Of a DNA stretch of 64,000 nt, positions 18,138 through 27,701 are shown in pieces. The notes beneath the pieces are model-generated. The model saw only the letters and a program-made list of their open reading frames with translations, was not told the DNA's origin and ran no database searches. The stretch spans positions 26,556-90,555 of the forward strand of contig JAFQCU010000001.1 in NCBI GenBank assembly GCA_017416285.1, read 5' to 3'. Source of the DNA: Clostridia bacterium (lineage in GTDB: Bacteria > Bacillota > Clostridia > Oscillospirales > Acutalibacteraceae). Every line of letters begins with the position of its first letter. Positions within the stretch are counted from its first letter, which is position 1. The position numbers and the translations under genes were made by a program.

Positions 18138-20402
18138 TTAGAATTCGCAAATAACAGTATGCTCACTACCCTCGGGGAAAATCGGTGCGATGTTACCGTC
18201 AATTTCCTCACCATCAACAATAAGCTTGTAATAGCCCGTTCTTTTAAACGTAATATTATATCTGGCATTTCGATAAACACGGGAAACAAATATATTATCC
18301 CAGCAAGTAGGAATACATGGCTTAATTTGAAGTCCTGTATATTCGCCCTTAACACCAAGAATAAATTCAGTTATATCACGATAAACCCAAACTGCCGCAC
18401 CCGTAAACCAAGCATAAAACGAGAAGCCGGGACGGTATTTCTCTTGAGGACCAAAATACATATTGGTTATAACATAAGGTTCAACGCCTGAATTTGCGTT
18501 TTTGGGATTATCGTAACGCATCATCATAAGGCTTTCATAAGCAGTATCAGCCTTACCAAGCAGACAGTCAGCCGCAATTTTAAATGCAACACCGTGATTA
18601 TAAACCGAGCCATTTTCATATCCACCGGGGATAAAGTAAGCCATACGGCCTATATGTAAATCACTTTCGCTGTAAGCGGGAGCGCATTGTACGTAACCAA
18701 AATCGCACTTCAATTTATCTTCAACGGTCTGCATAATTTTATTAAGACCCTTTTCATCAAGCATTTCAGCCAAAACAGCCCAAGTTTGAGCATTAAGGTA
18801 TGTCTTGCCCTGATAGCTTTCGTGTGAGCCTACCTTTTCGCCCCAGTCGTTGATGCCATAGATAAACTGGTCGCCCTCAAAAGCATTTTCTAAAATAGCA
18901 GATTTAAGAACTTCTCTCTCTTCCGTCAATTTGGCAATAAGTTCTTCTTTACCGCCCATTATTTCACAAATGCGGCAAAATTCCTTAATTGCTTTGACAG
19001 TAGCTATACTAAGCCAAGCGCTTTCGCCCTTAAGCTGATTACCGGCGTTGTTGATTGAATCGTTCCAGTCGCCGCCGCCCCATAATACCATATTATGTTC
19101 GCCACGGTTATCCAAAAGGAAGCGAATACCACGGTACATATGCTCAAAAACAGTATCGTGTTCGTCACTTTCAAAATAAGGCACGTCTTCAACCAAAACG
19201 GTTAAATCGCCCGTTTCATTAAGATAAGCCAAAACTGCTTCAGGTGTCCAAACCGCACCGTCATAATAAGGGTCACGGTCAATAGGAGCAAAGGAACGCA
19301 TTGGGTTGCCGTTAGGACGCTGGGTAGCAAGACAAACCATAATCTTTTCCCTTGCAAACTTGCCATCAAAAGCAGAAAGACCTGCTGTGTCCTGCATAAT
19401 ATCACGGAAGCCCTTGTTGTAAACTCGACCCCAGGTTTTGCCGAGAGAAATTTGACGCTTAAGCCAAATATTAACCATTGTGTTAATATATTCGTCGGGC
19501 GAATTAAGTACATAAAGGCCGTCCATCTTATCAGCATCGGCCTTAACCTTAGCAATAGATTCTTCAAAAAATCCGGGCTTTAAATAGGTATCGCAAGATT
19601 TTTTTGCATCCTCTAAATCGGTAGCCATACCCAAAACAACGTATACGGTTTTTTCTTCGCCTGCCTCTAAATCGAGCTGGAACTGCATAGCGCCGCAATA
19701 ATTCGGGTCAAATGCAGAACCGATATTTGAAAGCTTTTCGTTATGAAACGCTACGGGGTCTGAAACGCTGTTATAAACGCCCTTAAAATTAATATCACTA
19801 ATATCATACGAATCGGGCGACAAGGTCGCTTTCATATAAATACTAACGTAATTATGAATAATATTGTAAGCATCATGTAAGAAATATAAACCGTCAAGCT
19901 CACTGTTATAATCTGCTCTGCCGTAAGCCAAATGGCTTGTAACATTAACCGCAGGACGGCAATAAGGCACCAAATCGATTTTCTTAAGCTTATCGGTATT
20001 GTTCTTAACCTCAATTTTCCAAAGTTCAGCAAAGCCTTCGGTAGGGAGCGTAAGTGTATACTTTACCTCTAGGCCCTTATATTCACTAACGATTTGCTGA
20101 TAACCGATGCCAACGTGACATTCGTGTTTTTCAAAAGGCTTATTTAGAAAGTTACGGTTAGCATCGTAAAACTCGCCACTTTCACGGTCCTTTATGTAAA
20201 TTACACGACCTGCTTCACCATCATTAACTACAAAACGACGCTCCTCAGGAGTAATATACCTAAAGCTTTCGCCAAAACCAAAATGGTCTAGAATCAAAAT
20301 AAATTGTTCGTTCCACAGAAAGTTTTTAAGCGGTCGGCGAGGACGCATATTTTCAATTACATATTCTTTTTTATCATTATTAAAATAGCCCAAATTAGAC
20401 AT
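18138..20402 (-). CDS. GH94-like glycoside phosphorylase (cellobiose/chitobiose phosphorylase superfamily)
   Basis: N-terminus MSNLGYFNNDKKEYVIENMRPRRPLKNFLWN. Motifs GFRDIMQD, GGGDWNDS, EPYVITNMYFGP and WFTGAAVWVY. I prefer the ATG at 20402 (SD AAGGAG; TAAtATG junction) over the ORF-track start at 20426. Confidence 0.6.
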   Translation of the reverse strand: MSNLGYFNNDKKEYVIENMRPRRPLKNFLWNEQFILILDHFGFGESFRYITPEERRFVVNDGEAGRVIYIKDRESGEFYDANRNFLNKPFEKHECHVGIGYQQIVSEYKGLEVKYTLTLPTEGFAELWKIEVKNNTDKLKKIDLVPYCRPAVNVTSHLAYGRADYNSELDGLYFLHDAYNIIHNYVSIYMKATLSPDSYDISDINFKGVYNSVSDPVAFHNEKLSNIGSAFDPNYCGAMQFQLDLEAGEEKTVYVVLGMATDLEDAKKSCDTYLKPGFFEESIAKVKADADKMDGLYVLNSPDEYINTMVNIWLKRQISLGKTWGRVYNKGFRDIMQDTAGLSAFDGKFAREKIMVCLATQRPNGNPMRSFAPIDRDPYYDGAVWTPEAVLAYLNETGDLTVLVEDVPYFESDEHDTVFEHMYRGIRFLLDNRGEHNMVLWGGGDWNDSINNAGNQLKGESAWLSIATVKAIKEFCRICEIMGGKEELIAKLTEEREVLKSAILENAFEGDQFIYGINDWGEKVGSHESYQGKTYLNAQTWAVLAEMLDEKGLNKIMQTVEDKLKCDFGYVQCAPAYSESDLHIGRMAYFIPGGYENGSVYNHGVAFKIAADCLLGKADTAYESLMMMRYDNPKNANSGVEPYVITNMYFGPQEKYRPGFSFYAWFTGAAVWVYRDITEFILGVKGEYTGLQIKPCIPTCWDNIFVSRVYRNARYNITFKRTGYYKLIVDGEEIDGNIAPIFPEGSEHTVICEF

Positions 20403-20403
20403 A

Positions 20404-21993
20404 TTAAAACTCCTTAATGCAATCATTCGGTATGAGTTGTTTTTCTATTTTTTTATCTTCATAAGCAATAGTGAAATCAATACCGTTTTCAGCAATACCC
20501 CAAATAGATAATAATTTTCCGTCTAAATCGGTTATAATTCTTGCACCGACAGAAGCAGTAAAGATTTTCTTGGAATCAATATAAGCCGTTACTTCCTTAC
20601 CATCGGACACAAGCTTGTATACCTTACCGTACATATTTTGTGTATACTCGAAGGCACCCATTTCGGTAGCGGCGCTCCAATTAACCTTCTTATAGCTAAT
20701 GTTAACACCGCAAAGCATACTTATATATTCAAGTGCTGAAAGCATTGTGGGGCCGTAACCATCCATACCGTTTGCAGGATTGCCTGTAAAGGGGTTATAA
20801 TTTTGAACATACTTGCGATGCTTTTTAAGAATAGATAAAAGCTTTTTACCAATCTTCACTACTTCAGCATGATAGCCGTAATTAATAAGCGCTTCTATAC
20901 ATCTTTGCCATACAAGACCGTTAATGGGGCCCGACCAAGAATTATCGTCAATACCGTGTGCTTCTATACCCGTTTTTTCGAGCTCTTCCGCACAGTTTGA
21001 ATGCTTACTATTAAGATGAAAATATTTATCGTTAGCCGCAATTGCAGGAACGGGATACGGTGTCCAAAATTCGTCGGGATTTAAAAGGTGTTCCTTAATA
21101 AACTGATCAGCCATTTCTTGTGTCATAAGTCCGCAATACATACACTTAATGTTTTCTTGTGTAAGCGCAGCAATAACATCATCGTTCTTATCACGAAGAT
21201 AAAATGCGTGTTTTTCCTTATCCCACAAAACTTCCTCGGCACGTGTTTGAACAAACCTTGCTCCTTCTTCCCACTTGTCAGCCATTCCGTTTTCCAAAAT
21301 TCTTGAAATTTCAGCCAAAACCTTACGGCAAGCATAGGAATAACCCATATATTGAGGCGATTTATAAGGCATATTCATATAATCGGTCGGAGGAGTTGAC
21401 TTACCCCATGCTCCGTGCTCGGGCATTTTAAGTCCGTTAAGCATATACACGGTGCTATTATCCTCACCTACGTCCCAAATGCACCAGTTTTCGAGGCAAC
21501 CGTTACCGGTACTGTCGCGATATGCCCAAAGGTAACCGTCAAAATCCTTAAGGGCGTTATAAAGCATATTCAAATAATCCTTATCCTCGCCTATAAGGTA
21601 ATAAAGCTTGAGCGCAGGATACGGCAAAAAACAGCCCTGCATCCAATCATAGTGCGCAACCAGACCCGACCAAGGATCTCTATAAGAAATCATACCCGGA
21701 ATTTTACCGTCACGACGCTGATATCTGAAAAATATAAGAATATTAGCCAAAGCAGTTTCGATACTGCGTTTAGCGTACATTTCCCCGCCCAAGGGCTGAG
21801 TTTCAAGCCAAACACCGTTATATTTGGCGCCTTCAATCAAAACGTCATAATCGGCAAAGGTTTTGATGTTTTCCTTGCAGAGAGCTTCGCAATCCTCCAA
21901 AACACCCTGCAAAGCTTTATCCTCTGCCGTAAAACTAACGCCCGAAGGTAAGAAATCATAATCTTTAATATTCCATTTATATTTAAATGACAT
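20404..21993 (-). CDS. Putative (alpha/alpha)6-barrel glycoside hydrolase (GH63/GH37/MGH1-like)
   Basis: 529 aa. Toroid-type motifs (CIWDVGEDNS, DDNSWSGPINGLVWQRCIEALINYGY). The family cannot be assigned by eye. Confidence 0.4.
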   Translation of the reverse strand: MSFKYKWNIKDYDFLPSGVSFTAEDKALQGVLEDCEALCKENIKTFADYDVLIEGAKYNGVWLETQPLGGEMYAKRSIETALANILIFFRYQRRDGKIPGMISYRDPWSGLVAHYDWMQGCFLPYPALKLYYLIGEDKDYLNMLYNALKDFDGYLWAYRDSTGNGCLENWCIWDVGEDNSTVYMLNGLKMPEHGAWGKSTPPTDYMNMPYKSPQYMGYSYACRKVLAEISRILENGMADKWEEGARFVQTRAEEVLWDKEKHAFYLRDKNDDVIAALTQENIKCMYCGLMTQEMADQFIKEHLLNPDEFWTPYPVPAIAANDKYFHLNSKHSNCAEELEKTGIEAHGIDDNSWSGPINGLVWQRCIEALINYGYHAEVVKIGKKLLSILKKHRKYVQNYNPFTGNPANGMDGYGPTMLSALEYISMLCGVNISYKKVNWSAATEMGAFEYTQNMYGKVYKLVSDGKEVTAYIDSKKIFTASVGARIITDLDGKLLSIWGIAENGIDFTIAYEDKKIEKQLIPNDCIKEF

Positions 21994-22045
21994 AATGTTT
22001 TCCCCCTAAAATCTACAATAACACGTTTTATTGACTATATGCTTA

Positions 22046-22744
22046 TTATTTTTCTTCGTTGTAATGCTTATAACCGGGATGCTTACCGGTAACCTTATAA
22101 TAATTTTCACGAAGATACATAAGCTTATCAATTTGCGGTCTTTCGATTTCCTGTGCGCCGCCCAAAAGATGAGCAGTTAAAGAAATCTTTGCAAAAAGCT
22201 CTAAGGTTTCCATACGGTAATAAGCAGTAATCAAATCGCAACCAACAGTTAACGCACCGTGGTTTTGAAGCAAAAATACATCGTGTTCCTTAAGGTAAGG
22301 CGCAATTGCTTCGGGAACTTCATTAGTTGAGGGAGTACCGTAAGGAGTAAGAGGAATAGAACCTATAGCAATAACGGTTTCAATCATAGAATATTCATCT
22401 AATGCCTTGCCTGCAACTGCATAACCGGTAGCTGTCGGAGGATGTGCGTGAACAACAGAACCAACGTCCTCACGTTCCTTATAGCAACGCAAGTGCATTT
22501 TAATTTCGCTTGACGGCTTATAGCCCTCAAGACCCTCAACAACCTCACCGTTCTCGTTAATAATAACAAGCTTTTCAGGGGTTATAAAGCTTTTACTAAT
22601 ACCTGTGGGTGTAGCAAGAAAGTTACCGTCGGGCAATTTTACAGATACGTTACCGTCGTTAGCCGCAACCCAGCCCAATTGCCACATTTTATGGCAAACG
22701 TCACACATTTGCTCTCTTAGTTCTTGATATTTCATTTTTATCAT
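22046..22744 (-). CDS. Class II aldolase/adducin family protein (L-fuculose-phosphate aldolase-like)
   Basis: 232 aa. Motifs NDGNVSVKL, SSEIKMH, VVHAHPP and LLQNHGALTVG. Confidence 0.75.
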   Translation of the reverse strand: MIKMKYQELREQMCDVCHKMWQLGWVAANDGNVSVKLPDGNFLATPTGISKSFITPEKLVIINENGEVVEGLEGYKPSSEIKMHLRCYKEREDVGSVVHAHPPTATGYAVAGKALDEYSMIETVIAIGSIPLTPYGTPSTNEVPEAIAPYLKEHDVFLLQNHGALTVGCDLITAYYRMETLELFAKISLTAHLLGGAQEIERPQIDKLMYLRENYYKVTGKHPGYKHYNEEK

Positions 22745-22758
22745 GCTCCTTTTTAAAA

Positions 22759-23757
22759 TTATAAAACCTTTCGGTTTTTACCATCGCCGAAGCGAACAAT
22801 TTCTATTTTATTATCGATAGGGTCATAAACCATAATGTCAATAGCCATTTCAAACACATTTTCAGACCCATCACGTGAATGTCCGACAGCATTACGTATT
22901 ACTACCTGTCTGCAAGGCAAATAGTTGATATGTTCGCCCTGCACTTCATACGGTTCACGCAAAAAATCAATGTGCACGTGACCGCTAAAGCAAGCAAGTA
23001 CATTGCCTTTGGCTTTGACAATTTTAGCCGCATCCTCTGCATCGTCTATCCAACCGCACAACGCACTTATATACGACTTTGCTTCGTATTCACCGTTCCA
23101 TACAGATAATTTGCTTTCCATATCGCCCGTATATTTATAGAAAAACGGAACGTGGCTAAAAAGTAAGACCTTATAATCGGTATTAAGTGCAATCTCATCT
23201 AACCATTTAAGCTGAGCTTCACCAAATTTCCAAAACGGTGTGGGATGCTCGGCATATAAATCGGAATCCGACGGGACTGACATAAACACAAGTCTTGTTT
23301 TTGCGTCATCAAAATCTACGTAATAATAGCCTTTACCGTCAATCCTGTTTGCCAAACCGTCATCATATTTGCCATTTACTATATTAAACCAAAATTGGGG
23401 CTTGAAAAAATCTGTGCCAAGCGCATCGTGATTGCCGTTCATAAGCAAAAGCGGACAATTAATTTTATCCTTTACCGTCCCTAATAATGCACCATACTTA
23501 TCGGCTAGAACGGTCGTTTCAATATGCTTTTCTCGTCCAAGCATGGCAAAATTATCACCCAAATTAACGACAGCAGTCGGATTAACCGTATTACACAAGT
23601 TGCCTAAACAATCAACAAATTTTGCTGTTGATTCGGTTTCAATACCATACGAATGTAAATCCGAATACATTACAAAAACAAGCGAATTTGTTTTTACAAT
23701 GCTGCGTACTTCCGCCCTTACACGCTCTAATTCTTGTAATATAATTTCTTTATTCAT
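22759..23757 (-). CDS. Calcineurin-like metallophosphoesterase
   Basis: Motif series DLH, GDN, GNHD, SHVP and SGHVH. Confidence 0.65.
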   Translation of the reverse strand: MNKEIILQELERVRAEVRSIVKTNSLVFVMYSDLHSYGIETESTAKFVDCLGNLCNTVNPTAVVNLGDNFAMLGREKHIETTVLADKYGALLGTVKDKINCPLLLMNGNHDALGTDFFKPQFWFNIVNGKYDDGLANRIDGKGYYYVDFDDAKTRLVFMSVPSDSDLYAEHPTPFWKFGEAQLKWLDEIALNTDYKVLLFSHVPFFYKYTGDMESKLSVWNGEYEAKSYISALCGWIDDAEDAAKIVKAKGNVLACFSGHVHIDFLREPYEVQGEHINYLPCRQVVIRNAVGHSRDGSENVFEMAIDIMVYDPIDNKIEIVRFGDGKNRKVL

Positions 23758-23769
23758 TTTAAATTCACC

Positions 23770-26001
23770 TTATGAAAGGGTAAAATTATACTCACCTTCG
23801 GCAATTTGTTCTTTGTTTCCGCCGTACATAAAACAACCGCTAACACCTTGTGGCAGCTTCACTGTAACTTGGATTGCTTTATCTTTTCGCTCCCACGAAA
23901 CCGCAAGCTCACCCTGCGGCATTATATGTGTGGCATTAACATAATCAAGTTCATCAATAAAATCGGGTTTTATAATCACTTCATTAAAGTTTTTGCCGGT
24001 AGGATTAACCACGATACCCGCAAGAGTTTTATAAAACCAAGCACTTATATCACCCCAAAAATGATGATTTGGCGAATCCATAAAATTGGGGTCAAAGTTT
24101 TCCCAAAGGGTTGTAGCCCCTCGTTTAATCCAGTTACCATATGATGGGTAATCCGGACGGGTTATCATCTTGTAAGCCAAGCTACTGTAGCCAAAACGGC
24201 TAAGTACGTGGAAAATAACCCTGCCGCCAAGCACACCAACATCGATATGGTCATCAAATTCGTGTACAAATTCGAGCAGCTTTTCAAAAGCCTTTGCTTC
24301 CTCATCGGCTTCAAAAACGCCGTAATAGAGCGCCATTGCCTGACTTGACTGACAATCGCCTGATACCGTCATGGTATTAAAATTGATAAGATTTTCACGA
24401 ATTGCCGCCTTTAAATCACTAGCAAATTTATCGGCATAATTTTTATATTCTTTAAGTCCAACCGCTTCGAACATCAATGATGCTTTATTAGCCATATCCA
24501 TTGAAATAATGCTATCGGTAACTGCACGAGGTGCTTTTGGCATTACTTCAGGAGAATGACGTCCCACATGACACCAGTCACCAAGACCAAAATCCAAAAG
24601 ACCGTTTTGTTCTTTTCTCGACTCTAAATATTTGAAATATTTTATAAAAGCATCAACCGATTCGCTAATCATAGCGGTCTCGCCACGATAAACGTATGTG
24701 AAATACGGCAAATAAAATAAAGCGCTATCCCAAGCGGGACCATTAAGCTCGCTATAACCCCAGTTTGCGGTTGGAACAATTCCGGGTACAACACCCTCGG
24801 GGGACATTGCCTTACGAACGTTATTCATCCATTCACGGTAGCTTTTTTCAGGGTTGAAATTAAGTAACATTTGTTCAGCAGATAATGCGGCATCAGCAGT
24901 CCAACCATTTTTTTCACGCTGTGGACAATCGGTTGGGAAATAATGGAAGTTTGAAATATCACTTCTTCTTGTTATTTCCTGAAGTTTGTTTACCGTTTCG
25001 TTCGAACAATTAAAGCTACCACGTGATTTTAAATCACTATGTAACACCACAAAGGTTAATAAATCTTTAGTTGCCTGTTCCTCAGTTATACCTGTAACCT
25101 TAACATAGCGGAAGCCGTGATAGGTAAAGGTTTGAGTATAGGTTTCGTTCTTCTCACCCTTGCAAATATAGACGTCCTTATGAACTATATGCTTATCTCT
25201 TTCCCAATAATCACGCACAAACCATACGTTGGCAACCTGAAATTTACCTTCTTTTAACATATCGGTATAACGAAGGACTATTTCTTGACCCTTAACCCCA
25301 TCAACACATAAACGGCAAACGCCCGCATGAGAAATGCCGAAATCATAAATATAGCCATCTTCGTCTTTAATAATATCGACGGGCTTAATTTCGGTTTCTT
25401 TAATAATCGGCTCGGCCTCACAAAGCTTTATTTCACCCTTTGGAGGCTTGACATTAATCGCATTGCTCCACAAAGAATCATCAAAACCGACTTTATTCCA
25501 ATTTTCAATTTCTAAATTAGCGTTATAGCTTTCACCAAAACGATAATCATCAGCAATTATAGGCGAAGCATGGGTTTTAAAGGTTTCATCGGTTAAAAGA
25601 GTTACTTCTTCACCGTTATTTTCATAAGTCATTATGATGGCAACCTTGGGCGCACTTCTAAAAGGCGCTTTATCAAAGTCCCAAATATACCCGCCGGGAT
25701 TATTTTGAAGTCCGTTACCCAGTAAAAAAGCAATTACGTTTTCACCTTTTTGAAGCTCAACTTCATATTCATCATAATAAATATAATCATCTGTGTTGCT
25801 AATATAAGGTGCCAAATAGCCCTTGGTAATTCTTTCGCCATTAATATATAGCTCATAAAAACCGCAAGCGGCAATTTTAAGCTTACCCATAGTAACAGCA
25901 TCACAATTAAATACTTTGCGCAAATACGGCGCAGCGACCGCCTTTTCAAGCGTGTTATATTCAATTGTTGCCGCAATAAAATTCCAATTTGCTGCTATCA
26001 T
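23770..26001 (-). CDS. Alpha-L-rhamnosidase (GH78)
   Basis: 743 aa. N-terminal APYLRKVF ... CGFYELYINGERI pattern plus a C-terminal (alpha/alpha)6 region, typical of bacterial GH78. No signal peptide. Confidence 0.8.
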   Translation of the reverse strand: MIAANWNFIAATIEYNTLEKAVAAPYLRKVFNCDAVTMGKLKIAACGFYELYINGERITKGYLAPYISNTDDYIYYDEYEVELQKGENVIAFLLGNGLQNNPGGYIWDFDKAPFRSAPKVAIIMTYENNGEEVTLLTDETFKTHASPIIADDYRFGESYNANLEIENWNKVGFDDSLWSNAINVKPPKGEIKLCEAEPIIKETEIKPVDIIKDEDGYIYDFGISHAGVCRLCVDGVKGQEIVLRYTDMLKEGKFQVANVWFVRDYWERDKHIVHKDVYICKGEKNETYTQTFTYHGFRYVKVTGITEEQATKDLLTFVVLHSDLKSRGSFNCSNETVNKLQEITRRSDISNFHYFPTDCPQREKNGWTADAALSAEQMLLNFNPEKSYREWMNNVRKAMSPEGVVPGIVPTANWGYSELNGPAWDSALFYLPYFTYVYRGETAMISESVDAFIKYFKYLESRKEQNGLLDFGLGDWCHVGRHSPEVMPKAPRAVTDSIISMDMANKASLMFEAVGLKEYKNYADKFASDLKAAIRENLINFNTMTVSGDCQSSQAMALYYGVFEADEEAKAFEKLLEFVHEFDDHIDVGVLGGRVIFHVLSRFGYSSLAYKMITRPDYPSYGNWIKRGATTLWENFDPNFMDSPNHHFWGDISAWFYKTLAGIVVNPTGKNFNEVIIKPDFIDELDYVNATHIMPQGELAVSWERKDKAIQVTVKLPQGVSGCFMYGGNKEQIAEGEYNFTLS

Positions 26002-26023
26002 AATAGTTCACCCGCTGTTTCGA

Positions 26024-26326
26024 TTACTCTTCGTTTTTCTTATCCAACTTTTTGTTTCTGAAATAAAGAATTAAATCAGCACCAACCATAATTAAATTTA
26101 AGAAATAGAAAAATAATACATACCATTTATCTGCAAACGATGCCATATAAGCTTCGTTCACAAACTTTGATATTATACCCGCAATGTAGCCAAAGAAAAT
26201 AAGGCACAAAAAGCCCAAACTTTTTCCCTTGGCAGTTCTCGCCTTATACGATTTAATTACATTCATCGGCCAAGACGCACCAAAGCTTAATATCATAACA
26301 ATTTCTAACAATTCTGACATTTTCAA
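26024..26326 (-). CDS. 100-aa three-TM membrane protein, PQ-loop/SemiSWEET-like
   Basis: Three hydrophobic helices. The loop after TM1, SWPMNVIKSYKARTAKGKS, resembles the PQ-loop motif with PM in place of PQ. Confidence 0.4.
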   Translation of the reverse strand: MKMSELLEIVMILSFGASWPMNVIKSYKARTAKGKSLGFLCLIFFGYIAGIISKFVNEAYMASFADKWYVLFFYFLNLIMVGADLILYFRNKKLDKKNEE

Positions 26327-26337
26327 TTCTCCTATAA

Positions 26338-26946
26338 TCAGTATTTCAAAATCTCGGTTTTGAATTTATCGACACTACCCTCGAAAAGTATTGTTTTTAT
26401 ACCGGCAGCCTGTGCACCAATGATATTATTTATTCTATCATCAATAAAAACGCTTTCCTCGCATTTTAAATTATAATGTCGCAACAAATAATTAAAAATT
26501 TCTTTATTAGGTTTGGTAATACCAAGCTCCGCTGAAAATACAAGACCATCAAACATATCTAAAACTTGTTTAATTTCAGGTACAGTATGGTAGCTTTCTG
26601 CAAATGTTTTACTAATGTTTGAAAGCAAATATAAATGTCCACCATTTGATTTGATTTCCCTCAAAATTTCGGGCATACCCTTAATAAACGGTACATTTTT
26701 ATACCAATTATCATACACAAGGCAAGCCTTTTGGTGTAACGCATTTGGTAAGCGGCTGCAAACGCCTTGCTTTACCTCATCATCAGTAATACTGCCCTCA
26801 TCAAGCTTATCCCAATAAAGTCGGTCAAAAACAACCTCTTCAACCAATTTGGCATCCTTATAATTTTTAACGTAAACCGAAGTCATATATTCCGTATCAA
26901 ATTTAACTAAAACCTCGCCAAAATCAAATATGTAGTTCTTAACCAT
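26338..26946 (-). CDS. HAD-IA hydrolase, YihX-like (sugar-phosphate phosphatase type)
   Basis: Motif I YIFDFGEVLV (as in YihX, DLGNV), motif II LLSN, motif III TKPN, motif IV FIDDR. 8-nt overlap with the activase gene. Confidence 0.65.
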   Translation of the reverse strand: MVKNYIFDFGEVLVKFDTEYMTSVYVKNYKDAKLVEEVVFDRLYWDKLDEGSITDDEVKQGVCSRLPNALHQKACLVYDNWYKNVPFIKGMPEILREIKSNGGHLYLLSNISKTFAESYHTVPEIKQVLDMFDGLVFSAELGITKPNKEIFNYLLRHYNLKCEESVFIDDRINNIIGAQAAGIKTILFEGSVDKFKTEILKY

Positions 26947-27700
26947 CTAAAGAAAACTCCATTCCGAGCATTTTGTACTTTGCTCCTGCGGCAGCGTTAT
27001 AGGGTAATTTTTCCCATACGCTGTCCCCAATTATTTCTTTGATTTTAGTTAAATTATCATCCGTATCAATAATACTGGGAATTAGCGGTGTACGAATAAT
27101 ATATGGTTTACCACTTTGTTTTAAGATTTTAAAATTATCAAGTATTACCTTGTTATCAACACCTGTGTATTTTTGATGTAGCTTGCTGTCAGCAAGCTTA
27201 ATATCCATAATAACAAGATCGAGCTTTTCAATCACTGATTTAAATACTTCACTATCAGCAAAGCCGCTTGTTTCCATACACAGATGATAGTCCTTAAGCT
27301 TTTCAATAAGTGATAAAAGGAAATCGTGTTGTGCAAGTGGTTCGCCACCCGAAAACGTAAAACCGCCAAAAGAATCACCCAAAACATCAGCAGAGGCTTT
27401 AAGTTCTTTAACAAGGTCATTAACCGAAATGTCACGTCCGGTTATTTCAAGACAATTTTCAGGGCAAGCATAAATACATCTGCCAAACGGCCTACATTCA
27501 TCATGATTGCACTCTTTTTGACAACTTTTGCAGTCAATACATCTTACCGACTTATACATAAGCTGAGGCTTGCGTGACAGCCCTTCAGGGTTATGACACC
27601 ACCTGCAACGAAGCGGACAGCCCTTAAAAAACACTGTGGTTCGAATACCGGGGCCGTCATGCACCGCCATTTCCTTAATATCAAAAATTGTACCGTTCAT
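26939..27700 (-). CDS. Glycyl-radical enzyme activating enzyme (radical SAM)
   Basis: HDGPGIRT, then CPLRCRWC (nt 27596-27619). Extra ferredoxin-like Cys clusters CIDCKSCQKEC and CRPFGRCIYACPENC. I prefer the ATG at 27700 (TGAtATG junction) over the TTG at 27718. Confidence 0.9.
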   Translation of the reverse strand: MNGTIFDIKEMAVHDGPGIRTTVFFKGCPLRCRWCHNPEGLSRKPQLMYKSVRCIDCKSCQKECNHDECRPFGRCIYACPENCLEITGRDISVNDLVKELKASADVLGDSFGGFTFSGGEPLAQHDFLLSLIEKLKDYHLCMETSGFADSEVFKSVIEKLDLVIMDIKLADSKLHQKYTGVDNKVILDNFKILKQSGKPYIIRTPLIPSIIDTDDNLTKIKEIIGDSVWEKLPYNAAAGAKYKMLGMEFSLDG

Positions 27701-27701
27701 A

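Noticed and set aside
20404-20426. 23-nt overlap between the (alpha/alpha)6 gene and the GH94-like gene as a sign of frameshift or pseudogenisation
   Set aside because: The overlap disappears with the ATG at 20402, which has an AAGGAG SD and gives the conserved MSNLGYF N-terminus. Both ORFs are intact.
21415-21951. 178-aa plus-strand ORF, and many similar 60-170-aa ORFs in the track on the opposite strand or in alternative frames of large genes (for example 23432-23944, 42002-42517, 2441-2827, 8248-8625)
   Set aside because: They lie entirely within well-supported genes on the other strand or frame. They have low-complexity or odd composition, no SD and no recognisable motifs. These are shadow ORFs.
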